Assembly: GCA_951406725.2 (NCBI GenBank)
Contig: OX597820.1
Coordinates: forward strand, 123,132,001 to 123,196,000
Direction of reading: 5' to 3'
Length of the DNA stretch: 64,000 nt
DNA from: Octopus vulgaris
Lineage: Eukaryota
The notes below the pieces were generated by a model. It searched no databases and had not been told where the DNA came from. It saw only the letters and a list, made by a program, of their open reading frames with translations. The position numbers were made by a program, and so were the translations under genes. Of the stretch, positions 41,562 to 55,399 are shown in pieces; position 1 is the stretch's first letter; each line of letters starts with the position of its first letter.

Positions 41562-42264
41562 TATTTATGTGGAATGTTTTCGAGTGCGCTCATAGAAGGT
41601 TCCTATGCTAGTTATTCCGGCTACCACTTCTAATTCCCATTCTCCAGGGTAATGCTATGGAATGGTAATTAGTCTGGTGCCGCTGTTGTGTAAGAGAAAT
41701 ATAGTAGTAACTAGAACTTTGAGATGAAAATTCATAAATCCTTTGATACGTTGATATGTATGGTTCCACAAATCATACGTTTTTGTTGCTGCATCCATAG
41801 AGCATTACAAATATGATTTGCAATATCCATGGATTTTAAAGGGAACCATTATTGCATGTATTCGTTTCCTCAGGCAAAAATTGCATCGTGATCTGGTTGT
41901 AACCAATGGATATTTAGCAATTTACAGCAACCAGAAGGTTCTGCGAAGTTTGTGGGCGGATCCTATGAATATTTTGACTTATCATACAGATAGATAGATA
42001 GAAACAATACAGGATAAAGGATATAAGTAGCGTTTTACTTTATATTTAGATTTGTGCAAATAGACGTCTGTAGATAGGAAGAAATCAAGAGAAAATATCA
42101 TATTTGTCATGTCCTATGAATGGAGAATGCAGTAACAAAAAACATGTGGTTCGTGGAAACGTGCGTAGCAATGTTGTCATGATTTAAGAATTTCTATCCA
42201 AAAGTTCTTGTTATTAATATAGATAGATAAACAGACAGACTGATATACAGACTGATAGACATAC

Positions 42265-42385
<121 letters not shown>

Positions 42386-42594
42386 TGTTTCTTTATTAGC
42401 CACACAGTGTTGCACACAGACGGGACAGATTACAAAGCAGGGCTTTTCTTTTTTGGGGGAAAAAAGGTGGGGTAGGTTTTCGATCAAAAGGGATCGTAAA
42501 AGGGAAAGAAGAAAAAATGGAAAAGACCACGGTGACCTCGGTCAATAGACAGATAGGCAGACAGACATACATACATACAGACAGACAGACAGTC

Positions 42595-42697
<103 letters not shown>

Positions 42698-43275
42698 CAG
42701 GTATATATATATGTATATATATATATATATATATATGGGTGGGTGGTTGGGTGTGGTTGTGAATACTGTATATAGACGTGAGTATATGAAACTACATTAT
42801 TAACTTGTGAATAACTCCTGGCAAACTCCAGCTTACGCATAGCTACACATGTGAGCACACAAACATGTTTATATTTGATGGGTATCTCTGTGTGTGCGTG
42901 TGCGTCTTAATGTATGTATGCAAGCATGTATGTATGTATGTATATGGGGAATGATTTGCATTTGCGTGATGTTCTTCGTTCGTCGCTTCATTACTGATCA
43001 GCTAAATATTTTGAATGCAGTAATTAAGGATAGTGAAATATGAATCTCGGACAACAAACACAAATTGCAGTCACAGGTTATATATGCACAGCTGTAGTGA
43101 ACCTAAGTAAATGACCACCCTCACTCATACAGAGGCAGGCATCATATATACAACATATACCTTTATACTCACGATTGATCTGCTTTTCAATCATAGATAC
43201 CATACATATATACATACGTACATACATAGATAACTAAATGCATGAATACATATATACATGCGTACATACACACAC

Positions 43276-43343
<68 letters not shown>

Positions 43344-43364
43344 TTAAATATATGTATATATATT

Positions 43365-43463
<99 letters not shown>

Positions 43464-43613
43464 GAGTAAACACATAAATGTGAAACAAGGTGGAAAAAAG
43501 AGTACTCAAATACCAGTGGTAGAGTAATATGCTTTATTTAAAGCAGCAGAAAATTCAACAAAACCTGTTACTCTGAGTTTCCCGTTGCCGTTCATCGACA
43601 GTTTTTGCAAAAA

Positions 43614-43651
43614 CTGTCTGATGAACGGCAACGGGAAACTCAGAGTAACAG
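43614..43651 (+). ncRNA. minimal type-I hammerhead motif in the right arm of a palindrome
   Basis: CTGT-CTGATGA-A-CG GCAA CG-G-GAAA-CTC A GAG-TA-ACAG. The mirrored copy at 43565-43601 lacks one core base. Confidence 0.7.
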
Positions 43652-43683
43652 GTTTTGTTGAATTTTCTGCTGCTTTAAATAAA

Positions 43684-43723
<40 letters not shown>

Positions 43724-43725
<2 letters not shown>

Positions 43726-44913
43726 TGCATTCCAGAAGATTTGAGAGTTTCAGTTTCTCAATACTATACATCAAATCAGTTGAACGGCCAGCTTTTATGT
43801 TACGAACTGAAAAAGACGGCTGTAACACCACTATTGGTTGAATGCAGTCGGAGCATCAAGACAATTTAGAAGTTAGTTATGCAATAAAGTTTTGTTAAAC
43901 TGGGGGGAAAACGCTACAGAAACTTATGAAATGTTCCAGACTGCTTTGGTATTTGCTTGTATGATACAAGCACCTGCCTATGACTGGGATAAGAGGTTCA
44001 AGGATGGTAGAGAAGAAGTGAAAATCGATGAGAAATGTGGGATGGAGAGGACGTCTAAACATCAGAGCATGATGAGAATATCTGCAGTTTTCTGGATGAA
44101 GACCGTCGTGTGTCAATAAAGGCAATAATCAAACAGTTTGGATTTGGTGTGACGACTATAGACAGAATTATTCATAAAGATCTTATCATGCACAAAATTT
44201 GTGCAATGTCTGTTTCAGGATTCTCAATGATGAATAAAAGGAAAGACGCGTTGATAACAGCATCATCATCATCATCATTGTTCGACCGGGAGAGTCCCCG
44301 ATGACCTGTGACGAAAGTTGGATCTAATGTTATCATCCAGAGATGAAAGGGCAGAGTTCCCAATGGAAGTAACGCAGCTCCCCTTGTAAGTCCACTGAGA
44401 AGCTTATGGTGATCACCTTTTTCGACACCATGAGCATCATTCTACAACCACTGGATTTTCTATGGTTAGACAGTTAACAAAGAGTATTTTTGTGGAGCTT
44501 TGAAGGAACTCAGGCAGAGACTTAGTCGAACAAGTCCAGAGCTTTTCCACTCGAGTCGGTGGCACCTGCACCAGGACAATGGACCAGTCCACAATTCCAT
44601 TCTGGTAACCAACGACTCGACGGAAATGGGCTTCAAAACTACCATTCCGCCCCTACAATCGAGATCTTCCTTCATGTAACTTTTGGCTGTTTCCCAAGCT
44701 GAAAGAGAACTTCAGGGACAGTTGTTTCGAAGACATTGAGACGATGCAGAAGATTGTGACCAAGGCCCCGGACGCCTTCATTTTACAGTACTTCCAGAGG
44801 CCTTCACAAAGTGGCTGAAGCGCTTACAAGTACAGCAGAGGATCTCGTTTGTACTTCTTTGGAACTAATAACTGTCTCTCCTGAAAAGTCTAAAAGCTTT
44901 TCCAAGGCACTTT
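43724..44913 (+). mobile_element. decayed near-full-length mariner (Tc1/mariner) transposon
   Basis: WDKRFKDGREEV, TCDESWI, HLHQDNGPVH and PPYNRDLPSCNFWLFPKLKE; weak terminal inverted similarity; starts after (TA)n. Confidence 0.85.
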
Positions 44914-44914
44914 G

Positions 44915-45202
44915 TTCATTCATACATATATACATACGTGCAAACATACATACATACATACATACATACAAACTTACATACATATATACATACATACATA
45001 CATACATACATACATACATACATACATACATGCAAACATACATACATATATACATACATACATACATATATGCAAACATACATACATATATACATACATA
45101 CATGCATGCATACATACAAACTTACATACATACATACATATATGCAAACATACATACATATATACATACATACATACATACATACATGCAAACATACATA
45201 CA

Positions 45203-45236
<34 letters not shown>

Positions 45237-45372
45237 CATACATACATATATACATACATGCATACATACATACATACATACATAAATACGTGCATACATA
45301 CATACATACATACATACATACATACATACATACATACATACATACAAACTTAAATACATACATGCATACATA
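44915..45372. repeat. (TACA)n microsatellite with higher-order variants
   Basis: Direct reading; recurrent TGCAAA and AAACTT interruptions. Confidence 0.95.
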
Positions 45373-45574
45373 CTGATAACATCATAAAACTTGGAAAGCA
45401 GCTCTTTGAGCAGAATTCCTTGACTAATATTCTGATATCCATGGTCAAAGAAGTCGTGCGACTCTATTGCAACGGATAATGAGGTGAAAGGATGAGCGTT
45501 AATTAGCAGAAGACCGTCGGAAGATCTGTTAGTAGAAAGCTCCGAGATGCTAGTAACAAAGAAAAAGAAGTAGG

Positions 45575-45735
45575 ATGATGATGATGATGATAATGATGAT
45601 GATGATAATGATGATGATGATAATGACGGCGATGATGATGATGGCGAGGAAGACGATGATAATGATGATGATGATGAGGATGAGGATGAGGATGAGGATG
45701 ATGATGATGATGATGATTACGACGACGACGACGAC

Positions 45736-45772
<37 letters not shown>

Positions 45773-45786
45773 GCGACGACGACGAC

Positions 45787-45824
<38 letters not shown>

Positions 45825-45843
45825 GGATGATGGCGACGACGAC

Positions 45844-45910
<67 letters not shown>

Positions 45911-45939
45911 TTGATGACGACGACGACGACGACGACGAC

Positions 45940-45975
<36 letters not shown>

Positions 45976-46018
45976 AAAGAGTAGTAGTAGTAACAGCAGC
46001 AGCAGCAACAGCAGTAAC

Positions 46019-46083
<65 letters not shown>

Positions 46084-46130
46084 CAGCAACAGCAACAGTA
46101 GTAGTAGTAGTAGTATTAGTATTAGTAGTC
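45575..46130. repeat. compound trinucleotide array (GAT)n/(GAC)n/(AGT)n/(AGC)n
   Basis: Direct reading. Confidence 0.95.
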
Positions 46131-46619
46131 CAGTTCATCTTAACCTCCTATACGGTACAGACTATAACCAAAGCACGGAAGTCTGTGTGGTTTGAAGGAG
46201 GTGTGTATAGCTGCTGTTTCTAGGAAGTCGAGCTTCACTACAGAAAGGTTTCTTTCTCAAACTCGTGAGATTCCGGTCATTGCTGCTGCTGCTGCTGCAA
46301 CTATTATTTCCACAACGAACGCCTACTACAACTACTGCTGCTGTTCCTCTCTTTGACCTGCTGCTGCAGTATTTCGGGCTGCTGCTGCTGCTACTACTAC
46401 TACTACTGCTACAGCTACTAACGATGTTTATGCTATGCCACCTGCTACTGTTTTCACTTCTTTATTCTAACCACCGACATTTTCTTTCCTATTTTCTTTC
46501 GTTTCGATCAAGCTTACCTTTGTCTACGGTCACCAATTCATCTCCACACTGCTTTTTCTTTCTTCTAACAGTCTTTCTAGGTCTGTCCCACACTAGCCTA
46601 CACCTCCCTCCCTTTCTCC

Positions 46620-46889
46620 ACACACACACACACACACACACACGTACACACACGCATACACACATATACAAACATGCACACATACACAGACACATACATA
46701 CATACACACGTACACACACATACACACATATACACACATGCATACATACACACGTATACACACATGCACACATACACACACATACATACATACATACACA
46801 CACATACACACACACACACGTACACCCACACGTAGACACATATACACACATACACAGACACACACAAATACATACATACATACGCACAT

Positions 46890-46920
<31 letters not shown>

Positions 46921-47340
46921 TACACACACACACACACGTACACACACATACACACATATACACTCACACACATACATACATATATACATACATACATACA
47001 GGTATTCATTCATACATACATACATACATACATGCATACATACATACATTCAAACATACATACATACATACATACATACATACATACATACATACATACA
47101 CACATACATACATACAATACATACATGCATACATACATACATACATGCATACATACATACACACATACATACATACAATACATACATGCATACATACATA
47201 TATACATACATACATGCATACCTACATACATACATACATACATACATACATACATACATACATACATACATACATACATACATACATACATACATACATA
47301 CATACATACATACATACATACATACATACATACATACATA
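46620..47340. repeat. (CA)n/(TACA)n microsatellite block
   Basis: Direct reading. Confidence 0.95.
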
Positions 47341-47782
47341 GAACCTCCAGCCTCTATATCCAGGCTATGAATTCATATTCATACCAATAATAATTGGAAC
47401 ACTAGGTTTTATCAGTAAATGCTAAAAGAAGAATCTGGATAAGCTGGGATTTTCAGGGAGAGAAATCGATCGGCTGATCCCTACACTACAAGTGTAGGGA
47501 TCACTCTGTGTGGAAATGTAAAAACATGCAAACTTTTCTCAAGTTCCAAAGGTCAATTTGTCTGTGTGAACAACATCCCAAAGACGGAGCCTTGTACCTT
47601 TGTTGGAAACCAGCTCCCTCCTCTGTGGAAGATTTATAATAATTAGAAAATAGAAGAGACATACGTAGACGTGTCTGCGTTTGCATCCTTTAACTGGTTT
47701 TTTTTTTTACATACAATATTCAATAACCCGCTTACTTTCTCATTTAACTCTTACTAAGCTCCTCTCACCCCAACTCTCTCAG

Positions 47783-47876
<94 letters not shown>

Positions 47877-47902
47877 AATCTATCCATCTATCTATCTTTA
47901 TC

Positions 47903-47973
<71 letters not shown>

Positions 47974-48172
47974 GTCTATCTATCCATCTATCATCTATCT
48001 ATCTATTTATCTATCTATCTTTATCTTTCTATCTATCTATTTCTCTCTCTTTGCGATCTTCTTTACCCTCTTCTTTTCCAAATTAATATTTTTATCGCTC
48101 TAATTATATCCTGATCTCCCAATTCACAAATTTTAGCTCCTTTCACATTCCTTTCTTTCTGTGTTCCCAAAT

Positions 48173-48204
<32 letters not shown>

Positions 48205-48542
48205 GCCCTCTCTCTCCCTCACTCCTTCCTCCCTGCTCTATCTCATATCCTACATATATACATATAGTTTAGCATTCACGCATGTTCAAATATGGGTATG
48301 TTCATGTACCCTGCTCATTTTGCCCCGTTCTCCCCATTTTTGCATCCGTCGACATTATCAGTCGTCCTTAGTGTGTTTTGCACACAAGCATATGTGCGGT
48401 TGTGTCTCAGTGTGTATTTGTACATTGTTAGATGTTTCTTGTGTGGGGGGGATGGTCGGGGTGGATGCGTGTGTTAGTGTGTTTATTCTTGCTAAAAATC
48501 AATCACATGCTATATCGACACCGATAAATATAAATTTTCATC

Positions 48543-48608
<66 letters not shown>

Positions 48609-48845
48609 CTACACCGAGGAGACAACTGCAAAAACAGGAGAGGTTACATATTTTATCATTTCTTTCATTCTACACAATAACCGTCCAGTTCTTTCTTTCT
48701 TTCTTAATCTCGGCTTGAATTTTTGAATCTATACATTTATGCCACATGGCTTGCACCTGTGTGCATGCATACCTGTTAACTCATATGTGTATATGTATGT
48801 GTGTGTGCATTTATTTATATATATACATACAGACAGATAGATAGA

Positions 48846-48929
<84 letters not shown>

Positions 48930-49747
48930 TATATATATATACATATATATACACACACACATATATATATATATATATACACACATATATATATATACAT
49001 ATACACACATATATATATATATACATACAGACAGATAGATAGAGATGTATATATATATATACGTGCACACATGGATATATTGGATACATATACGTGTGTA
49101 TATGTGGATATATTTATAGATTTGTCAAGAAGCATAGGTGTATATGTGTGTGAGTATATGTGTGAGAATGTGTGGGGGGATATTTTTGTTTGTATAGGTT
49201 CGTATAAAATCAATATGGCAACTGTCTTACAGGTCAATCAATAAACAACGTCTTTGTTTACATAACCAGTTCATCACGAACTTCCAATAAGAGTAGGAAG
49301 GTGTATGAAGTTTGGAAACAGTCAAGTGTGAAGGTGAATGGTAATGGATGAGTAGGTGAAAAGGATGGTATATAGGTGAGTGAAGATAGGGACGGGTGTT
49401 AGGCTTTATTAGAATAACATTATCATCGTATGATACGGTCCATATTTCGAAATTGAAAGAATGAAGGATCGTGAGTGATACAGCAATATTCAATGGTTCT
49501 CCTCGTTCCTTTCTGACTCATAAACCCATAAAACCGATTTCACAGATTATATGGCGTATATATTACCCCTTGGTGGGACGCCGGTGCGTCGCAAAGTTAT
49601 TACATTTTGACGGCTGGCTAAAGTCTAATAACGTGAAATGAAGAGTTTTGTTCAGGAATACAAGGCATTTACCGGTGCAGGAAATGAAACTACAATCTTA
49701 TGGTCATGTTCAATAACCTAACCATTCAGTCACACGCTTCCACACAC

Positions 49748-49818
<71 letters not shown>

Positions 49819-49869
49819 TAAGAACGAAGTTTGAAAACGCCACTATATAAGATAAATTTTAATTTTCTT

Positions 49870-49925
49870 ATAAATTTTACATGTTTCGGTTCATCTTGAA
49901 AAAACGAACCTTATCAAATATATTT
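49870..49925 (-). ncRNA. hammerhead-like motif with U3-A8 core variant
   Basis: Minus strand: TTGATAA-GGTTCGTTTT TTC AAGATGAACC-GAAA-CATG-TA. Helix II is 10 bp, helix III is the palindrome ACATGT, and helix I is poor. Confidence 0.5.
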
Positions 49926-50289
49926 TAAAAAGTTAAGTGTAATAAAAAAGTTCATAATTGTTTCTTACTGGTCTCAACAGAATCCACGTGGTGGTTTTTT
50001 GTAGGAAGTAAGCATAATAGCTGTCTTATGTGTTCGAATAAAACTAAGGAAAAGTATATATTTATATATAAATCACACAAACATTTGTGTGTCTGTCTGT
50101 CAGTGATTTTACATCAAAGTGACTGGTTGGGCATGACTGGAACAAAACGAGAAAAGAAGTAAAGTAAACTACATGAAGAAAAGAAACATACCTGGATGTT
50201 CACTTTCTATATTTCGGTCTTATGAGCTCTTCTTCAGGACATGAGGACAAGCGGGAATTGAAAAAGGTCGTTGCTCTGATATGTGAAGA

Positions 50290-50850
50290 AGGACAATGAC
50301 ATGCGCAGACAAGTGCTGCTTTAGTAACCAATCTGCTTCATGTACTTCTTTTCTGCTCTTTATAGCTGGTCTCATTATGTTGGTGCTCAGATTGCCTCTG
50401 CTGCGTCGTGGAGCCTCAGTGGTTACCTCAGAATCCTGGGTTTGGCACTTTTGCAGGTGTTTTATTATCGAAGTGTTTGTGTGCGTGTTTTTTTTTTTTT
50501 TAGGCGAGGTTTCCTGGTTGTGCTCCTAATGTATGGTGCCCCGTATTTATTGCAGCTTATTTCGTATACCAGAGTCCATTTTGAAGTCCTTGGAGCATAT
50601 TTTGAAGCCGTTGATGAAGCAATTAGATAGCGTGAACCCCACTATGTTATGTTATTGGTATTATTATTCCTAAACAAATATTTTCTCAAGGATGGACCGG
50701 TGTGCACCATCTGTATGTTAGGTGCTTCCCGGCAAATCACATGCTGTATAGCAGCAGTGGTTTTGCCGTCGAAATAGAGAAGCTTAAGAAAACTCAAGTT
50801 AGTCTTGGGAGTAAGGGCACCCTTATGTGCTTTACTCACTTTGGTGTTGG
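50290..50850 (-). pseudogene. old Penelope-like GIY-YIG remnant
   Basis: Minus LVYEISCNKYGAPYIRSTTR (decayed VY.I.C..C...YIG.T.R). A decayed CTGAAGA..GAAA motif lies downstream at ~50200-50245. Confidence 0.6.
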
Positions 50851-51293
50851 GAAATCGAAGAGAACGGTTTCTATGAATAGTTGACGTCTTTGCAGTGAGG
50901 TGGACGATTTGAACAGGTAAAACAGCGTGGAGTAAAACAACGTGAAGTTGGCTGCAAAAGAAGTCAGCGTGAAGTTGGCAAAGTAAAGCGAATGTGAAGT
51001 TGGCTACGAAGACAGTCGATGTAAAGATTTGAGGCGACCAGCAAAAGTGAAACCGAGAGACGAAGACCCATATTACACAAAATATTCAACCAGGTAAGAC
51101 TACTTTATTTCTAAACAAGTTGGCTTGCTCGACTGCCCTGCGATTTTCTCAATGTATTTTGTAATCCCCGTTTTAGCTTAGATTTTAGTTGCTTTACAGC
51201 TTTTGTTATTAGTATTCTTTATTTCACAGTTGTTAGGTATAATCACCTCTCTCTTGCATTTTTCGGCCTACTTGAAGACAGAAAATAGTTTGG

Positions 51294-51709
51294 GGATCCT
51301 TTTTGTTTGAACGGCAGTTTTTAACATAATTTCTAGGTAACTAAAAAAATTTAAACTTCGTATACTGGTAGAATGTGTTTATAAAACATCTTTTTCTCTT
51401 GGCTTTATTGAGAAAATTCTATAGTTTGTAAAATATTTGTTATTTTATTCTTCAATTTCTGCAATTTCAACCAATCAGTGACCTCTATTGAGTTAAAAAG
51501 CATTCTGTGTCGTATGAATATGTCCCTCGTTTAAGAAACAGATTGGGTTTATTTGCATTTGTGAAGAAAAAAAGATACCCTTCTCCACCACCCCTAACCC
51601 TAACCCTAAAACAGGTTGAAATGCAATAGATCGATACTAGGGTCATAATTATGGGCGACAATTTCATATGACACCGCTAGAAAAACTGCCGTTCAAACCG
51701 AAAAGATCC
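51294..51709. mobile_element. MITE with ~28-bp TIRs and an internal (CCCTAA)n tract
   Basis: GGATCCTTTTGTTTGAACGGCAGTTTT ... AAAACTGCCGTTCAAACCGAAAAGATCC; CCCTAACCCTAACCCTAA at ~51592. Confidence 0.85.
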
Positions 51710-52322
51710 TAAATATCTACTTTATTTTTACCGAGTTCTTCGTTTTAGATTGGAGGCAAACTTACCAGAAATAGTCAAAGTCAAGTTATAGGGAGTTGAA
51801 AAGGAAGAATTCGACAAACTATGTATTAGAATATAAATCTGGACTGAGATAAAGGTACTTAAACTGAAACAATACAGACTTAATGAGATTCTTAAGATTG
51901 TGATTTGAAAACTTGAAGATGGTCAAGCACCATTAAGGAACTTGATTGTCTACTACTAGTACAAAAATACTGTCCTTCAATCAAAAGTATCTTATATTAA
52001 TGGCCCTCAGAGGTTCCATAAACATATGAAGATGGTTGGCATTAATATAAACAATTTTGACATATAAAACAGCTATTCACATGACAAAGAACTACATACC
52101 AGAATTTTATATATAAAAAGGTATAGCTGGTCAAAGAGCTAATCCTTCAGGATCTCTGTGACAATGTCCCAGCTGCCTGTGTCAGCTGGGGAGAAAGGAA
52201 GAGGGATCAGCTTTTTACCAACAAAACTGCAAAGGTGCAATTAATATAGAAGGAACTAGCACTATGACCCGGCCACATTCAAAATGACTGAAACAAGTAA
52301 AAGAGTATATATATATATATCA

Positions 52323-52378
52323 GTTCTGCTGACGATCATTAGACGCAAGTTGTATGTGAAATCACGGTGATACAGAAC
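52323..52378 (+). ncRNA. type-I hammerhead ribozyme just after a (TA)n tract
   Basis: GTTCTG-CTGACGA-TCAT..GCAA..ATGT-GAAA-TCAC G GTGA-TA-CAGAAC. Helix I is a perfect 6 bp, helix III is palindromic, and the site is AUA; the helix II closing pair is U-U. Confidence 0.75.
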
Positions 52379-53967
52379 AAAATTCATTTTTTAAATGTCT
52401 TGCTTTGAAAAACTGCATTTGGGTATGATTAGTATAATTTTGGTAGTAATGACTTTGTCCCTCCTAGTGTGAGGCATTTATGTGTAATAATGCCCTCTAT
52501 ACAATATAGATATAATTAATTTGTTCAAAAGAAAAAAATTATTTTCGGATTCTTTTCTTTTATGAGGTTTTCACGCTAGCTACCCGATAATTTCTTGTTA
52601 AGATCCCTTATTAAGAGATTATCCTTAATTGTTAAACCTATATATATATATATATATTTCAGGGTAGAGTTTCAGGGAGTCGCTGGCGATGTATCGTGAT
52701 GATCAAAAATCCGGCCTGCTAAAATTTGGTTAAAGTGATTCAAACTGCAGACTCAAAATGGTCACATTTAATTCAAAGCGTTAAACATGTTATGAAAACA
52801 ATTGGTATGTGTTCACAAAGTTCAAACGATTAATACGAAAAAACCCTCCAGGCTACATCCCGAAAATTCATTTTTTGCCGAATTTCTACAATGTTTACGG
52901 TGATTCGTTTTTATATCTCTTTTTTTATTTTTTGTGCAATTTACACTTGCTTGCATGCATGGGATAAGGCCTAAACAAACACATTATCGATTTTTTAACT
53001 TGCGAGATGAATTTCGGAACAGAAATAGCGCAGTTCAATTTTCATTTGCCTAAACATTAAGTGACCCGTTTTTGGTGGTTCTACGATTTGTTGGTTAAGA
53101 GGAGATGTGCCGGGAAGTTAAACACTCAGACACACACACAGATACACACACAGACACACACACAGATACACACACACACACACACACACAAGTTGAGTTT
53201 TATATATAAGGAATTTCATTAGAATCTGATGACTGGGTTACAAGAAATCATTCGATTCTATTCCTCACTTATGGAAGCTAGAGACTGGATCAGTTTCAGA
53301 GACCATAATCAATCCAAAAGACAACGTAACTCCGTAATCGTAAGAACAAGAAGTCATTGCACTGTCACTATGAAAATACAGTATCACAGAGGAATATTTC
53401 AAAAAAAAAACAAAAAAACAATTATTCAGTAGTGATATAATACATTATATCATAGATATAACGTAGGTATAATCTAGTGAAGAAGCATGCAACCATGATA
53501 TCACGAGTTTGATTGTACTCCGACTCTGCGATATCTATATAAGCACTTCCCAGAGTTCTAGTGATATCGTCACCAGAGAACTGACCATTCGTATATACTG
53601 TGGGGCGATCAGAATTGAAGAGAGGGAGACGGACAAGCAAAGAGAAAGAGAGAGAAAAGAGGGAGAGAGAGAGTATAGTTATACTTTAAGTTAAGCGATG
53701 TTCAATATAAGTCGTTGTTCAATAATTAGGTTGCCAATATGAAGAAACTGCAACACGAACGACCAGTTATTAACTTAAGAAATTTACTATGCTAGAAGTC
53801 ACTCGCTTTTATTCACTCGCATGTACACACTCTCTTAATCCTTCCCTCTCAGTCTCTCCCCCTTCCGCTACATCATCTAGGTGCTGTCCAACTGAACCAT
53901 TGTTTCAATAGCATTTTCTCTCTTTACTGCCATCACGCATTGTATGTCCGTCACCAGTACACTCATT

Positions 53968-54388
53968 GGATCTTTTCGGGTTGAACGGCAGTTTTTAACA
54001 TAATTTCTAGGTAACTAAAGATTTTAAACTTCGTATACTGGTAGAATGTGTTTATAAAACATCTTTTTCTCTTGGCTTTATTGAGAAAATTCTATAGTTT
54101 GTAAGATATTTGTTTTTTTCTTCAATTTCTTTAATTTCAGCCAATCACTGACGTCTATTGAGTTAAAAAACATTCTGTGCCGTATGAATATATCCTTCGT
54201 TTAAGAAACAGATTGTATTTATTTACATTTGTGAAGAAAAAAAGATACCCTTCCCCCACCCCTAACCCTAACTAACCCTAACCCTAAAAGAGATTGAAAT
54301 GCAATAGATCGATACTAGGGTCATAATTATGGGTGACAATTTCATATGACACCGCTAGAAAAAACTGCCGTTCAAACCGAAAAGATCC
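53968..54388. mobile_element. MITE with TIRs and an internal (CCCTAA)n tract
   Basis: Same family as 51294-51709; flanks CACTCATT / CAATCGTT (6/8 match). Confidence 0.85.
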
Positions 54389-55399
54389 CAATCGTTTAAT
54401 AATAAACAGAAGGCAAATCGAAAACAATGGTTTTTCTTTTCCATTCATTTCATGATTAATGTGGTAATTATTGTTAAACTTCACAACTAAGAAACCTTGT
54501 AACAAAAATGAAACTTACGTCGGAACATGAAGTAATGCAGGTAATAAAATGTGAAGATTTTCGTTGTGGAACGAGTGATTTGATTGAAGAGGGCAAAATC
54601 AAAATATTCAAGAATCATAAAGGAATTAAGGTTAATGCAAATAGGAATTGAAAAACAAAAAAAAACTTATTTATTGGCTTCCAAATTCGCGATGCAATGA
54701 GTACCAATACAAAAACATAATTAAAAAGGATCGGAGTACCTTAGAAATGAAGGATTCAATTGGAATTTTACATGTTGTGACTATTTAGTTATCTGTGGAA
54801 ACAGAAATGTCAAAATGCTTTTTTTTAAGGTCGGAAAAATTCTCAAGTACAGAAAGCAAAAGAAGAATATTTTATACAAATTTTCAATCAAAAATTAAAC
54901 CGCAAACAACATTTACCGAACAATATGGATAACAACATAGGCAATAAAAATATTTATCTACGCTGTGTATGGTGACATCTGAAACTATGATTTCCGTATT
55001 TATTCTTAATGCACTCCTGCACATTCGAATGCAAAATATGTTAATTGCCGATGTCTAAAATTTTACCCTGTAGGACATGTTTTTGAAAATCAGAATTGAG
55101 CCAAAGGGCTGATACAAAATCCTGTTCCATCAGGTCTACGTTACTTTATTTTGTTTCCGGAGATGTTTTATATTGCTAACTTTTAATTTAAAAGAATGTA
55201 TATGTGTATGTAGGTATGTACATGAATTATATATAAAATTATAATTTAGGGTATCTAAGAGATACCACCATGCTGGAAATAGCAGTTAAAATTTTACTCT
55301 AAAACCACATTAAATGTTCATACTGCACCAGGATCTGTATGAACATTTAATGTGGTTTTAGAGTCAAGTTTTGACTGCTATTTCCAGCGTGGTGGTAAA

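Noticed and set aside
44804-49244. Long ORFs (up to 358 aa) of HTYI, YI, poly-H and poly-M
   Set aside because: They are translations of stop-free microsatellites with no protein complexity.
51592-51610. Chromosome end or fusion telomere repeats
   Set aside because: Only 3-4 units, internal to a multi-copy TIR element.
53221-53261. TAGAAT-CTGATGA..GAAA..ATTCTA
   Set aside because: Helix I fits, but there is no valid NUH triplet or helix III and helix II is weak; at most a dead relic.
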